Shown: positions 1 through 12,129, numbered from the stretch's first letter. The stretch: DNA of 64,000 bases from Lama guanicoe (GCA_013239625.1 MU053758.1:3101854-3165853); one strand, 5' to 3'. The notes: generated by a model not told the origin, from the sequence alone. Translations and numbers: made by a program.

Positions 1-289
1 AGGGGCATGCAGGCAAGTGCAGGAGGAACAGGGGGAGCTCTACATGGGAGCTCAGGAACCCGGGTTCAACTGGTTCGCATTCAACTGTTCATGAGAGTCA
101 TTTCCCTCTCTGAGCCTCAGTGGAGTCACCTGGACAATTGGTGGGAAGGATAGAACGAGTAATCTCAAAGTCCCCCTCCAGCTTGATTTCTAAATTGTAT
201 GGGGATGGGAATGAATTTGGTTTCCTTGCAATTAGCAGCTTTTTTTTTTTAAGCTACCATTATCAACCGTGTTTTCATGATTACCAACA

Positions 290-490
290 GCGCTTTTGTA
301 AGGATTTCTTAGCATTTTATGTACATGAATTCATCTACTCACATCAACCCTAGGATGTAGGTACTGTGATCGTCCCTGTATACAGATTAGGAAACCAAGG
401 CGCAGAGAGACTAAGTAATCAGCTCAAGTTGTGCAGCTGACATTCCAACTAGGCGAGTCTGGCTGCAGAGTCCACGTTCCTCCCCACTGC
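290..490 (-). mobile_element. MIR SINE relic
   Basis: tacagattaggaaaccaaggcgcagagagactaagtaa...ctcaagtt core. Confidence 0.65.
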
Positions 491-2575
491 ACTCAGCATT
501 CCAGGCGCTGTGCTAAATGTTTGCCAAATCCTCTCCGTTTCGCAGTTGAGAAATCTGAGACTCAGAGCAGTTGAGCAACAGCTGAAGGTCACACAGCTGG
601 GAAGCTGCAGAGATGAGATTCCCGCATCCGCCTCCTGAGTCCCGGCAGATCCTCAGGCCCTCAAAGCAAGTTGCAAAGTCTCTTTAAAAAGCATGTCTGT
701 TCCTCCCTCTGGACCTCAGTTTCCCCAACTAGAGAAGGACTGGGGGTTGGACCCGCTGATCTTTGGGGTCCCTCGTAGCTCTGTGAGTCCATGATTTGAG
801 AGGTGTGGGGCTTCTGGCTAAAAGAGCAGATTTGCAGCCTGGGATTGTAGTAGGGGGTGGAGGAGCGGGGATCAAAGGGCTGGCAATGGAAAGAAGGGGA
901 AAACTGTTGGAGGTGGGGGCCGTGGGGGCCCTGAACCTGGGAAGATGGGGCAGTTGTATGAAGCAGCTGAGAGAAAAGAGAGAGAGAGGCCCTGTGCAGG
1001 GCTGGAGGTGGGGTTCCCCAGTGAGTCCCCTCCTTCTTCCCAGGCCACCACCCTTCAAGCTCAGGGTGGGCACATAAGAGCATTGGGCAAGGGAGCAGGA
1101 ACCAGGCCAGCAGCAAACCGAGGTCAGAACTTCTGGGACACAGCTTTTTGGGGAACGAGCATTGCTGGGGGTTTTGTAAATACTTGGAGATGTCCAGTTA
1201 TTTTAGAAAAATGTATTTGAAGCTGAGGTGGCGTGTTTGTGTGGTTGGCCTGACTTCCTGTTCACGACAGCTCTGTTACATTCCTCCCCTTCGGGAACAG
1301 AGGACTGGAGGCTCGGAGGGTCGTTTTTCCCAACTGCAACCTCACTAGGATGGGCAGACCAGCGGCCCCTGCACCCACACGCACTGGGCATGGTGCCCTC
1401 TGGGCCCCCAAGTTGTGCTGGGTCCCCCTCCCGCCCACACACACTCGCAGCCGGACCTATTAATATTTAATACGGCTGTGGGCGCTGCTGCTCCACGCTG
1501 ACTGCACCCGGGGCCAGCCTCATCCTTGTCTGGGTGCCGACTCCCAGCTGGGAGCCCGGCTGACAAATCTTGCGCAGTACGTCTGCGGAGGAGGGTCAGG
1601 TCATGAACTTACGAGATAAAAGAAAGAGTTTCATTGCCAGGCAGGCTCCGTTTTCAACGAGGCTCTTTTCACTTCGGACAATTAATGGAATCACCTTCGG
1701 CATGAGTGTCTCAGCTCCCACTGCCCCAGCTCTAGACCTGGAGCTATTGCAGCACCGGGACCCTTCAGACACTTCCTCATACATCACAGGTTGGACTAAC
1801 CTTCTCCCCTGCTTGGAGAAGTTGGGGTGTGGGCAGACATCAGGGCACCCAGTGGGCCTGTGGTGGGGACAGTGGCTGCTCCTCGATCCCAGACCCTGCA
1901 TGCTGGGTATACACACTACCAAAGGCCATTGCTGCAATAGTGGCCAGTAGGGAAGTTCAGGGGTGCACCTGCCTCTCAAGCATCCAGTGAAGGGTGCCAC
2001 CTATCACGTGGATCCTGTCCCAAGCCCCCTTGGTCTGGGATGCCACTGTAGATGGATGCCAGGGAGAGGCCCTCCCTAAACACCAGTTCTGGGAGCCTGA
2101 GGGGACTGACCAAGGTTCAGGGGCTCTAGGTCCAGACTGAGCTGGGACAGATGAGCAGGACAGTGTATAAATGTCACTAAAGGTCAGGGAGGATTCCCAA
2201 CCATAAAGGTTACAGTAACAACTTGGTTCTTTCCAAAGCTCAGCTCAGACCCATGTCTCTGGGTCACCGCTGACCACACAAGCTTGGTTTCTGTCCCATG
2301 AGCTTTGGGAGGGTGTTTGCAAGATGGACACCCTGTCCTTCTGCTCCTCCTACCTTTTTCAGCTTCTTGGTTCTTTGTCATCTGAAGGACTCAGGGCAGA
2401 GCTCCAGAGACCTCGTCCCTCTGAGCATCTCTGAGAAAGGAAGCCTGGGGGCAAGGAGGGATGTTGGTGTGGTCCAGTGGGGCGTGGGGTTCGCAAAACA
2501 AAAACACACTCATTTGCCATTTAACAAAAATTTTTTTCCTTTCTTTTGAAGCTGTTATTTCCTCATGGGAAAACT

Positions 2576-2581
2576 TTTATT
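2576..2581 (-). terminator. CCR7: CCR7 polyadenylation signal AATAAA
   Basis: tttatt on + strand, about 0.9 kb past the stop codon. Confidence 0.75.
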
Positions 2582-3311
2582 TGTGTATGAGTAAATTGTG
2601 CTCTCGTAATTAATTGAAAGCAGAACAGGATGAGAGATTTCTTTTGTCCTGGTGGCAGCCGGCATTGTCACCCACCCCCGGGCCCTAACCTCTCTCCCTG
2701 CCTTCTCCTCCCATCCTAGCAGAGCTGAGGCCTGAGAAGGGATGGCCAGACGTCATCCCTGCCCCAGAGCCCTGGCTGGGAAGGTGGCTTTGGCGGGGCC
2801 TGGCCTGCAGAAAACACCACACCCTTTCAGCATGGAGAGTAAGCCTATGATGCAAGAGCCAGAGAGGCGGCAGGCGAGGGGCAAGTGTCCTGTTAGGAGA
2901 CCTGGAGGCTGCGTTTTTGCTGGCTGGGGTGACAGTGGAGAAAGAGAGATGGAGGGAGGGATTCAGAGAGTTAGTCTGACCCATCGGCATTCCCTTCCCC
3001 TGCCCAGGTGAGAGGTTGCCCCACTGTCTCTAGTCTTGCAGACAAAGCTTTGCTTTCTGGACGACCTGGCCTCAGATCTTGAATCTCAGTGGGGATGCTT
3101 TCCAGGTTAGAAGAAGGTTGGTTCAGAGGACTCGCCAGGCTCCTTCCGCCAGCCACCCTAGCTCTCACCAGCGCTGATCCCTTCACGCCAGGAGGCGTGA
3201 ATTCTTCCTTGACTTTCACCTTTGCCTTTGAGTTCGGGGACAACGGCCTTGGTTTTGGAGTATTGTCGGATCTGGGGTAGCTCGTCAACCACGTCTCCCC
3301 GCAACCGTGCT

Positions 3312-3319
3312 TGAGGTAG
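3312..3319 (-). promoter_or_regulatory. let-7 family 8mer seed site (CTACCTCA) in CCR7 3'UTR
   Basis: + strand tgaggtag = CTACCTCA on the mRNA strand. CCR7 is a reported let-7 target in human. Confidence 0.65.
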
Positions 3320-3489
3320 CCAGGGCTGGGGCTCATCTGTCTTCTGTGGCGCAGATTTTTCACCACAAGATAAACTCGAATGGCCAGAACGGCCTTTCCC
3401 TCAGCAGCTGTCGGTCCCCGAGTCATCTGCTCCCTGTCCCGACCGGGGGACCCCAGGAGCGGTCCCTCTAGTCCAGGCTGGGGAGCCTC

Positions 3490-4569
3490 CTATGGGGAGA
3501 AGGTGGTGGTGGTCTCGGCCTCCACGCTCATGGAGGACCGCCGGGTGTGCCGGCACGAGGACCACTGCCGGAGCTGCTCCTGGCTCAGGCAGCCCAAGTC
3601 CTTGAAGAGCTTGAAGAGGTCGCTGCGGAACTTGACGCCAATGAAGGCGTACAGGAAAGGGTTGATGCAGCAGCGGACGCAGGCCAGGCTGTAGGTGATG
3701 TCGTAGGCGATGTTGAGCTGCTTGCTGAGCTCGCAGCTGGTGCCGCTGGTGATGTTGAAGTTGGCCACTGTCTGGGCCAGGACCACCCCGTTGTAGGGCA
3801 GCTGGAAGGCTATGAAGACCACGACCACGGCAATGATCACCTTGATGGCCTTGTTGCGCTCGAAATTGCGCGCCTGGAGCAGGGTGCGGATGATGACGAG
3901 GTAGCAGAAGCTCATGGCCAGCAGGGGGATCAGAAAGCCCACCACCATCTGGGCCACCTGGATGGTGATCAAGGCCTCCACGCGCTCGGTGATGAGGGAG
4001 CAGCGCAGCGCCTGCTCGCTGCTGCTCTTCTGGATGCCGCTGTACAGCAGCTCCGGGGTGGAGAGGACCACGGCCACCATCCAGATGCCCACGCAGGAGA
4101 GTTTGCTGATGAGCAGGACACGGGCGCGGTGGCGGTGGGCCGAGACGGCCTGGACGATGGCGACATAACGGTCAATGCTGATGCAAAGAAGCAGGAGCAT
4201 GCCGCTGAAGAAGCTTATCTTGTAGATGCCAAAGATGAGCTTGCAAATGCTGATCCCAAAGACCCAGGACTTGGCTGCGCTGTACGCCCAGAAGGGAAGG
4301 GTCAGGAGGAAGAGGATGTCTGCCACGGCCAGGTTGAGCAGGTAGGTATCGGTCATGGTCTTAAGCCTCTTGAAATAGATGTAGGTCAGCATGACCAGCC
4401 CATTGCCCAGCAGGCCCACGAAGCAAATGATGGCGTACATGACCGGGAGGAACCAGGCCTTAAAGTTCCGCACATCCTTCTTGAAGCACACGGACTCGTA
4501 CAGCGTGTAGTCCACTGTGGTGTTTTCGCCGAGGTAATCATCAGTGACCTCATCCTGACACAGGCACAC
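3490..4569 (-). CDS. CCR7: C-C chemokine receptor type 7, coding exon 3 (7TM GPCR body, VCLCQDEV...TTTFSP*)
   Basis: Translation has DRYVAIV, TDTYLLNLAVAD, NPFLY and the C-terminus SSMSVEAETTTTFSP typical of CCR7. Acceptor ccccgcag|GTG with CAG at 4572-4570; TAG at 3492-3490; 1080 nt. The ORF-track N-terminus MTHFTKLHPSPQ is intronic. Confidence 0.99.
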   Translation of the reverse strand: MCLCQDEVTDDYLGENTTVDYTLYESVCFKKDVRNFKAWFLPVMYAIICFVGLLGNGLVMLTYIYFKRLKTMTDTYLLNLAVADILFLLTLPFWAYSAAKSWVFGISICKLIFGIYKISFFSGMLLLLCISIDRYVAIVQAVSAHRHRARVLLISKLSCVGIWMVAVVLSTPELLYSGIQKSSSEQALRCSLITERVEALITIQVAQMVVGFLIPLLAMSFCYLVIIRTLLQARNFERNKAIKVIIAVVVVFIAFQLPYNGVVLAQTVANFNITSGTSCELSKQLNIAYDITYSLACVRCCINPFLYAFIGVKFRSDLFKLFKDLGCLSQEQLRQWSSCRHTRRSSMSVEAETTTTFSP

Positions 4570-4649
4570 CTGCGGGGAAGGATGCAACTTAGTGAAGTGG
4601 GTCAAAATTTTGCTCCCTTTGAAACCCTGTGATCACTCAGAGCGGTGGT

Positions 4650-4799
4650 TTTCTAGAATAAATATTTTATTTTTATTGATGGTGGGGAGATAATTAGGTC
4701 TATTTATTTATTTTTAGAGGAGGTACTGGGGATTGAACCCAGGACCTTGTGCATGCTAAGCATGCACGCTACCACTTGAGCTACATGCTCCCCACTCCA
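4650..4799 (-). mobile_element. tRNA-derived camelid-type SINE (Vic-1-like) in CCR7 intron 2
   Basis: ggggattgaacccaggacc...catgctaagcatgcac..ctaccact.gagcta (reverse-strand A/B boxes) with an AT-rich tail. TSD agagc(g/a)gtgg at 4639-4648 and 4800-4809. Confidence 0.85.
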
Positions 4800-7609
4800 A
4801 GAGCAGTGGGGTCAGCATCGTGAATTCTCAGACCCCACCAAACCAGCACCTCGGGGGCAGGACCCAGGAATTTGCTTTTCTAAACTTTCCGGATGAGCCT
4901 TTGGTTTGCAGTTGGTGCTTCTCAAATTGTAACATGCACAAGAATTGCTCTGGGATTTTGTTAAAATGATTTCGTAGGTGGTGGAGGAGCCTGGGACTCT
5001 GCATTTGTAATAAGTAGCCAGGATCTGATTTTGCTGACTCTGAGGAACTTGACCCTACAGGTGTTGACTGACAGTGGCCTGGAAATAGTCTGGGCTTTGG
5101 GATCAAATGAACCTGTGGCCCAGCTGAATGCACTTCATCGCTCCAAGCCTCAGTTTTCTCAGCTGTGAAATGGAGATAAATACTATCTCCTCCACATGGC
5201 TGTTGTGAGATTCATACCAGATTCTGGCACCGTTCTGTCTCTGAGGAGTTTTATTTTGTCCTCTGGAAACTCCAGGAGAGTGGCAACATGTGTCTTTTTT
5301 TTCTGACTCTCCTTTGGAACCTGGTGGGAAGGACTTTCTGGGGAGGGACGCCTACAAAAATATCTCAGCTTTTGAGGGAAAAGCCACCTTGGGCTAAGGT
5401 TGAGGAGGGCCTGGAGTGACAAGAGAGGAAGGCAAAACTCCGTTAAGAGCCCACAAAGCCCTGGTTTAGGGCAAGCTGCCATGATCATGGGTGGTGAGCG
5501 GCTTGAAGACCTGTGGATTTCTGGGACCTGGGGCACAGCGCCCGGCATGTGAGCCCAGGTGCACTGAACTCCACGAGTGTTGCAGGAGTGGATGGCGGAG
5601 CCGCAGCCTCAGCTGTGACTGCGTCCTCTCCCGGGAAAGAAGTACAGTCCCGGCTCCACGCTCCCTCTGTGCTCCAAACCCTCTCCCCCCACCTCTCTCC
5701 TCTCTCTTCCTCACTGTCTCTTTCGGTGGTGGCGGATCCCAATCAGCAGGGCTCAGCTGCGCAGGGCTTTTTTTAGCCTATCTGCAGGGCAGGGGGAAGG
5801 TTCAGGCAGCCTGCTGTGATTTTATCACTGAAGGAGGGCACAGGCGATAGCTGAGCTGTGTGAGCTGTGCAGGGCTGGGAGCCAGGCTGGAAGACGGCTT
5901 CAGGAAGCTCCTGGTCCCTCCTCTGGGAATTGGGCCCTGGGCAGCTCAACATAATGGGTTTTCATATAATTGGGGAGCTGGGGGGACTTTAGAGATGAGG
6001 AAAGCGGGGCTCTCAGAGAAGTGATGCAGCTCGTTCAAGGTTACTAAGCCAGAAGTAGAATCTAGCATCCCAACTTCCCTGCATCCTGTCTCTTTCTCAT
6101 TTCCAAACTCTTCTGCCTGGGGATAGGGTGAGGACGAAATCATGTCCAGGACCCTTTGGTGGGAGGGGAGGGCATTGCTATCCCAAGAAGAAAAGTCATG
6201 TTAACCCCTTTTCCCTTGTCCAGGCAGGACCACAGCCTGGGAGTCCTGGAAGAGGCTGGCTGCCTTTCGTTGCCCAGGATAACGCCCAAGGTCTGGGGCC
6301 CCTGGATATAAGGGGATTCTGGCGCTGAGGGGCAATACACCCAGCCTCTATGAAGTGTGCTTCCCACCACTCCATCCTGCCTTCTCTTTCCCTCCTTCGC
6401 ACCCGCCTCCTGCACCAGGGGCTACCAGGCTTGAAGTTTCTGCAGCCCACAGCCCTACCACATCCTGCCCCATCTGAGCCACCCCCATCTCGTCAGTAAA
6501 GAGAAGGATGAACCCAGCTGTCCCTCATCCCCTTCCCAGGCTCCCAGCCTCCACTGCCAGCAGTACCGCCCCTCTGGAGGCCTAGAAACATGGGAGGGAG
6601 TGGTGATGGGGAAGGGGGCCAGCCTGTGGGCTACAGCCCAAGCTCCAGGGGGCCTCTGGGATGGGGTTTTGGGAACAATGCCCAGCTTGGGGCCTGCCTC
6701 TGGCCGGAGATCCTGGAAAGCAGCCCCTCTGGCCTCCAGAACTGGAGAAGAGCCAAATTCCAAAGCACTGCCTCTCCAGCTCCGGCTTCAGTTGCCCCCT
6801 CCTTGTCCAAGAGAGCTCCCACCCCCAACAAATCAGGAGAGTCGACTCCATGGGTTAGTTTCTTCTAACTCTGGCATTTGGTGGGGGCAGATTTTCTGTC
6901 TCCACTTCTGGGATTGAGAAGCTGAAACCTGTAAACTGGAGGCGTTTGCTCCTACAGAGTTCTGAGCTCCTATAAAGGATGTGCTCCATCTCTCCTCCCC
7001 TCCTCCCCTCCTCCAGAGTTGAGGGTCCCATCCTACTCCGCACCCCCCACCCAGTGAGGCTCAGCCAGGTTTGTTTATGTCACAAAAGGAAGCTGGAGCT
7101 TTGAGGGAAACCTTGGGCTGGAGGTTGGGGGACAGTTTGGGGTCGATACGGTGGTAACCAGCCACCAGACCACACATTCTTTTCCCAGCTCACGTATGAA
7201 GATTTACACGCATGTGTGTGCACACACATGTGCAAAACCCAGTAACCTCACAATCTTTGCTTTTTTCAGCTCCTCTCTCCCCAAGAACTCAAGTGGAGTC
7301 CTCCTTTCTGTCTCCTGGATGGGGATACTGGAAGCGGGGTGGGGAAGGTGGGGTGACTTGCTTTCCCCCATGTTTTAATTTAAATAGAGTAAAGGAATTT
7401 CAGAGAACATCTGTGGCTTTCTAGGGTCACTCAGCAGATGGAAAGGGGTGGCCTTAACTTAATAAATGGCAAATTTGTGTCTGGGCCTATTTCTTTCCAG
7501 CAAATGCCCAGCAACTCCCCCAGAACTTTGGGTTTGGGCTTGAGAAGGACTGGGCTTGGAGAGGGGGCGTGGGGGAGGGGCTGGAGCTGTCCTTGGCGGG
7601 AGACCTCAC

Positions 7610-7659
7610 CTGGAAAATGACGAGGAGAGCCACCACCAGCACGCTTTTCATTGGCTTCC
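7610..7659 (-). CDS. CCR7: CCR7 coding exon 2 (50 nt, signal peptide (G)KPMKSVLVVALLVIFQ)
   Basis: Acceptor cctgtag|GGAAG and donor TTCCAG|gtgagg. 10+50 nt gives a phase-0 join to exon 3. Confidence 0.97.
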
Positions 7660-10600
7660 CTACAGGAGACAAGGTGAGAAAGTTATTGCTTGGCAGGGAC
7701 GGCTCTTTGTTCTGGGGGGAGAAAAAAAGCCACGGAGACAGGGAGACTGTAGGGAAGTTTCATCACGGGCTCCAGACACTGCCTTTGCCGAAACAGAACA
7801 TCAGAATCAGACTGTGCCTTGGAGCACTTGGCTGGCTGCCCAGACTCACTGCCCTCACCTCCTCGTCCTCCTCCAGGGAGATGTCCTGGGAAGGAGCGGG
7901 ATGGGAGTGCAGGGCAGCCCTACTCCTTCCTTGGCTCTTCAGGGCCTCTTCTGGAGTTGGAAAGCCCACCCTGGCCCAGACCACCCCTCAAGGCCGAGCT
8001 TCAGCTGACCTTGACTCCCGCGTCTGAGCATCCCCCTCCAGCTCCATGTTATGCAGGAAGTAATGTGGTGGCACGAGTGCATGCGTGCGTGCGTGCATGC
8101 GTGTGTGTGTCCTGTGCTGCTCTGGTGCCAGGAGCCCATGGGGAGCACTTCCCCCTTGCCCAGGTGAGTGGATGGCCACATTTGAAGCCCCGAGTGTTTT
8201 CTGAAGGAGGCCGACAGACGACAGAAAGTGATTTCACAAGGCTGGGAGGAGCAGTGTCACTTACTGACCTCTCAAGGGCAGATGGGAAAGTTCTTCCGCA
8301 CCACAGAGCTCCCCAACAGCCCCGCGTCCAACTGACATCCATCCAGCGCGGACTGCGGGGTTCACCCGGCCCACCTCCCCACCTGGCCTTTGGGACAGAA
8401 ACCTCTTCCCTTTTACCCAGGGCAGGCTCCGCATTGAGATGGCACGCAGAACTGTGCTACTGAATGAATGAATGAATGAGTGTCCTGCCTGCCCTTCTCC
8501 CAAGGTGCCCTGGGGGGACCCTGCCCCGTGGCAGGCAGTGTGGCGGGTGGAGAGTGTTCCCTGAGGTACCTACTTTTTTTTTTTTTTTGGCTTGACTGAA
8601 GCATGTGAATGTTTTCTCTTCTTTAACTTGCTTCTAACACAGGGCCTTGGGAGGCGGGGGAAAGGGAAACACGGTGGGCTGGGGCCTTGCCTGGCTTGCC
8701 CAGAGTCGGGTCAGAGCCTGGGTACTTTCTGGAAGGCAGGAGGCTCTCCTTGGGCCTGAACCAGGTTCGCACCAGGCCTTACAGGCTGCAAACAGGACGA
8801 GCGCTGACTGCTTAGTCCTGCTTTGTGGCTGAGCTGAGGGCTGGACCTGGAACTTATTTCCTCCAAAGTCTGAGCCCTGGGTAATTTATACAGGAGTTGC
8901 ATCTCACTTAACAGCCTGGAAGCTGTGCCCTCTTCACCTTCAGATCCCCCTTCCTGTGACCTGACCCTCAGTTCCCAGCCAGGCCCACAGGAGAGAGTCA
9001 GTAGCTGTTGATGCCACGAATGAAGACAAGTCAGGACTTGCTGGCCCGTTGCACCTCCAGGCTCAGTAGGGTTCGTGGAGAAATTTTTGCGATCCTGCTT
9101 CTAGCACCTTCTGGAGGCTGGGGGCCCACTCCAGCAAGCAAGGGGCTCTTTTTCCCAAGAGACAGCAGCCCAGACCCAGAGAGTCTGTGTGCTTGGCCAC
9201 AGCACCACCTGCTGGAAATTTCGTGGCATGACACAAAAGTTGCAGTTGTGCTCCAGGAGTGTGCCTAAGGCAGGGATTCTGGGCTTGGGGGACCCGGGGA
9301 CAGGAGGAAAGGCGTTGAGCCACATAAAGAAACTGGCATTTCCCCCAAATTAAACTGTACACTACTGCTAAACATGTCTTCTTAAAGCATAGTTCTGATG
9401 CCAACCTCCACTGCGCCCTCCTCCTAAATCCTTAGGACCTCTCTACCTGCCGTGAGGTTGATGTCTTAGGGACAGCAATCAATCCCTCCACTGTCCACTT
9501 AAGCCTGCCTTCCTAGCCATGTCTTCTGTTCCTGGGGACAGGCACCTATTCTCCCGTCGTCCCCGGGATTTGCGGTCCTGGGTGGGAATGGATTTCTCTG
9601 CAACATCATGGCTCCCTTCTCTCATCCCCCTTCCTTGGTGAATTATCCCGTGACCCCTGAGCTTGAGTCCACATCTCTGCCTTCAAAAACACTCTCTTCA
9701 GGGTCCAATGCACTGCCCTTCCTCCACTGACTCATCTTGATGTGAAGCGCTCGAGGTTTCTTTAAGCACGTACAAGTCTTTCGGTTACTCTAGAGAAAGC
9801 CTGATCTGACTGTCAGTGAGAACTGAGAAACCTCAAAGTTTTGATGTCATAATGGGTGAAATACGAGGAGCAAGAGTTGTGTTTCTATTTTACTCCTTCA
9901 ACCCCCTCTCCTGGGCCCCGTCTCAGTGCTTTTGCCACTGGCTGGGGGAGGGGAGAGGGGTGGGGGCTGGTGTGTGTTTGTGTGGAGGTGATGTCTCATT
10001 CCAGGTGTGTTGGAGCTGGTGGATGAGCAGAGATCTTCTACGATCAGAAAAGGCCATTTTCAAGCAAGGTGACCAAACAGCAACTTCGGGGAACTCTGGT
10101 GTGTGGCAGAGGGGACTAGGTCAACGGCCTTGACTCAAATTATTTCTGTCTGTTACAAAGTCATAAAGCAACTGGCCTTGGCTGGCAACTTGGGTGGGTC
10201 CAGAGAGGTTGGGAATCACAGAGTTTGAGGAGCGGTTGACTTATGTGTCGGGTATTTTCAGAGTTCTTGAGTTTCTAGTAATCATCACAACGAAAAGGAA
10301 ATTCCCTAGAACTCCAACCGTAGCTCCCAGCTAGAGAAACTAGAGACTGGTGACTTTCTCAGAGTCATAGAACTGGCCAGGAGTGGAGCTGGGCTTTGAA
10401 TCCATCCTTCAGAAGCCATACTCCTAACAGCTCATCTGTGCTTCCTCTCAGGCTGTATGTACCCCTCCCTCAAAACATCCTGTGAGTTACCCCCATTCTG
10501 TCTTCCAGAAAATAGAGATCCAGAGAGATTAAGCCACGCATTTGGGGTCACACATCTGCCAAGAGATGGACCTGAGATTTGAATGGAACTCTCACTACAT

Positions 10601-12129
10601 CATTTCTGATGAGCCTGCGGTGTAGAGGGATCTCTGTGGGACATAAAGGGGATCCTTGCTCTCCCCTGTCCCACTGGTTACCCAATTCTGTTGCTTCTGC
10701 CCCCTAATATCTCAGAGCTGGCCCTACCTCTACCCTGACATAAGGCTTTGCTGCCATAGAGCTCCTCTGAAACAAAAATTACGTCCTTTAACCCACCTAA
10801 CTGAAAAAAGAAAAATCTTCCCCGGCTCCCCATTGCTTTCAGGAAAAAGTGCCAACTTCTGAGCAATGCCACCTGGAATCTTAAAGATGGGCCCTGCCTG
10901 TCCCTCTTGCCTCCCTGTCTCCCTTCCTCCTTGGCACAGCCAGGTTCTTTATACTGTCCTCAACTTGCTTCTTTCTTATCTCTGTTAGCTTTTGTCAGAG
11001 CAGACCAGCTGGGAGCCTGCAGGCTGAGTCCCTGAGAAATTCTGCTTGGCTATATGGAATTTGCAAAAAATTGGATTTGGATGCCTTTAGGTGGGGCTTC
11101 TGCTCTCTGAATCACAACATTCACCTCCACTTACTACATCTTACGCCCATTCTCTTATTTACATCATTTGTTTCTGATGGCAATCAAGTTTGCTATCCCT
11201 GCCATATCCTGGGCCCCTTGCTTCTCCTGTTCTGGTTTGATAACTTCTACATACCCTTCAAAACCCAACTTAAATGCTCCCCAACTCATGTTCACTGTTC
11301 GTTTCTTTGAGTTTCACAACAGCCCTGTTTTTACCCCATCAGCGCTGTCTTTCCCTCTGTTGTAGTGTCTTTTTTGACATAGGTGTCTCTTCCCCCTCCC
11401 AGGCTGGTCACACCTGAATTCCCCCAGCAATGGCAGTTGACTGAAAAAAAGTACCAAGCAAAGAGGAGAGACTTTCCAACAGCTCCCAAGGCTTCAGGAT
11501 TTCCCTCCTTCCCAGCCAGGCTCCCCATAGGCCTGGAGGGATTGGCCCTGAATTCCTTCAGCATCCCTTTCTGCCACCATCTCTGGCCAAGCTATGAGAG
11601 ATGAGTATTCACAGGCTTATTTTTCTCTTCCGTGCTTTGGAAAATTCTAACTGAGGCGTTAGGCCCCATTTCTTGAAGGTGGGGAAGGCATCTGGGGCTG
11701 CTCATTCAAATCGTGAAAAAGACCAGCTCAGCCCTGGTTCAGCGGTGTTTTTCATTTTGTGTAACAGAAACTCTGCCGCTCACCTGCCTTGGGCTCCCCG
11801 CCAGGCTGACGAAGAGAGAGAAACAGATCCTCGGTGGCCCGCCCGCCCTCCCAACGGCCCAGAGCCCGGGAGCCTGAGCTGAGCAGTGTCTCAGTGGCTT
11901 CCCTCCTACCACTGTTTGAGGCTCGGCCGTTGGGGCTCTCGAGTTGAGTGAAGCAGAAAGAACATCCCTTTCTCCTGGACCAGAGGTTTCTTACATTAAA
12001 GGGACCTCCCTCTCTGCATGAAAGCCTGTGGGTCTGGCACCCCCAACCCTGCTCCTGGGAGGAAGACCCTCTGGGCTGTGCTGGGACTGCTCTCACAATC
12101 AAGACAGTGGTGGACACCTCTCTCTGACC

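Larger units (their letters stand above)
2510..3489 (-). other. CCR7: CCR7 3'UTR (end approximate)
   Basis: Unique sequence between the stop codon and the AATAAA at 2581-2576, followed by an A-rich stretch on the minus strand. Confidence 0.75.

Noticed and set aside
4570..4605. N-terminal extension MTHFTKLHPSPQ of the CCR7 ORF
   Set aside because: Intronic sequence upstream of the splice acceptor; the real N-terminus comes from exons 1 and 2.
3547..4632. 361-aa plus-strand ORF
   Set aside because: Codon-aligned antisense shadow of the GC3-rich CCR7 exon 3; it ends where the real exon ends and has no independent support.
4710..4795. tRNA-like A/B boxes (also at ~29220, ~31430, ~31730)
   Set aside because: These are SINE heads with AT-rich tails and TSDs, not tRNA genes.
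7819..8463. 214-aa plus-strand ORF antisense to CCR7 intron 1
   Set aside because: Low-complexity GC-rich frame running through a simple repeat; non-ATG start.
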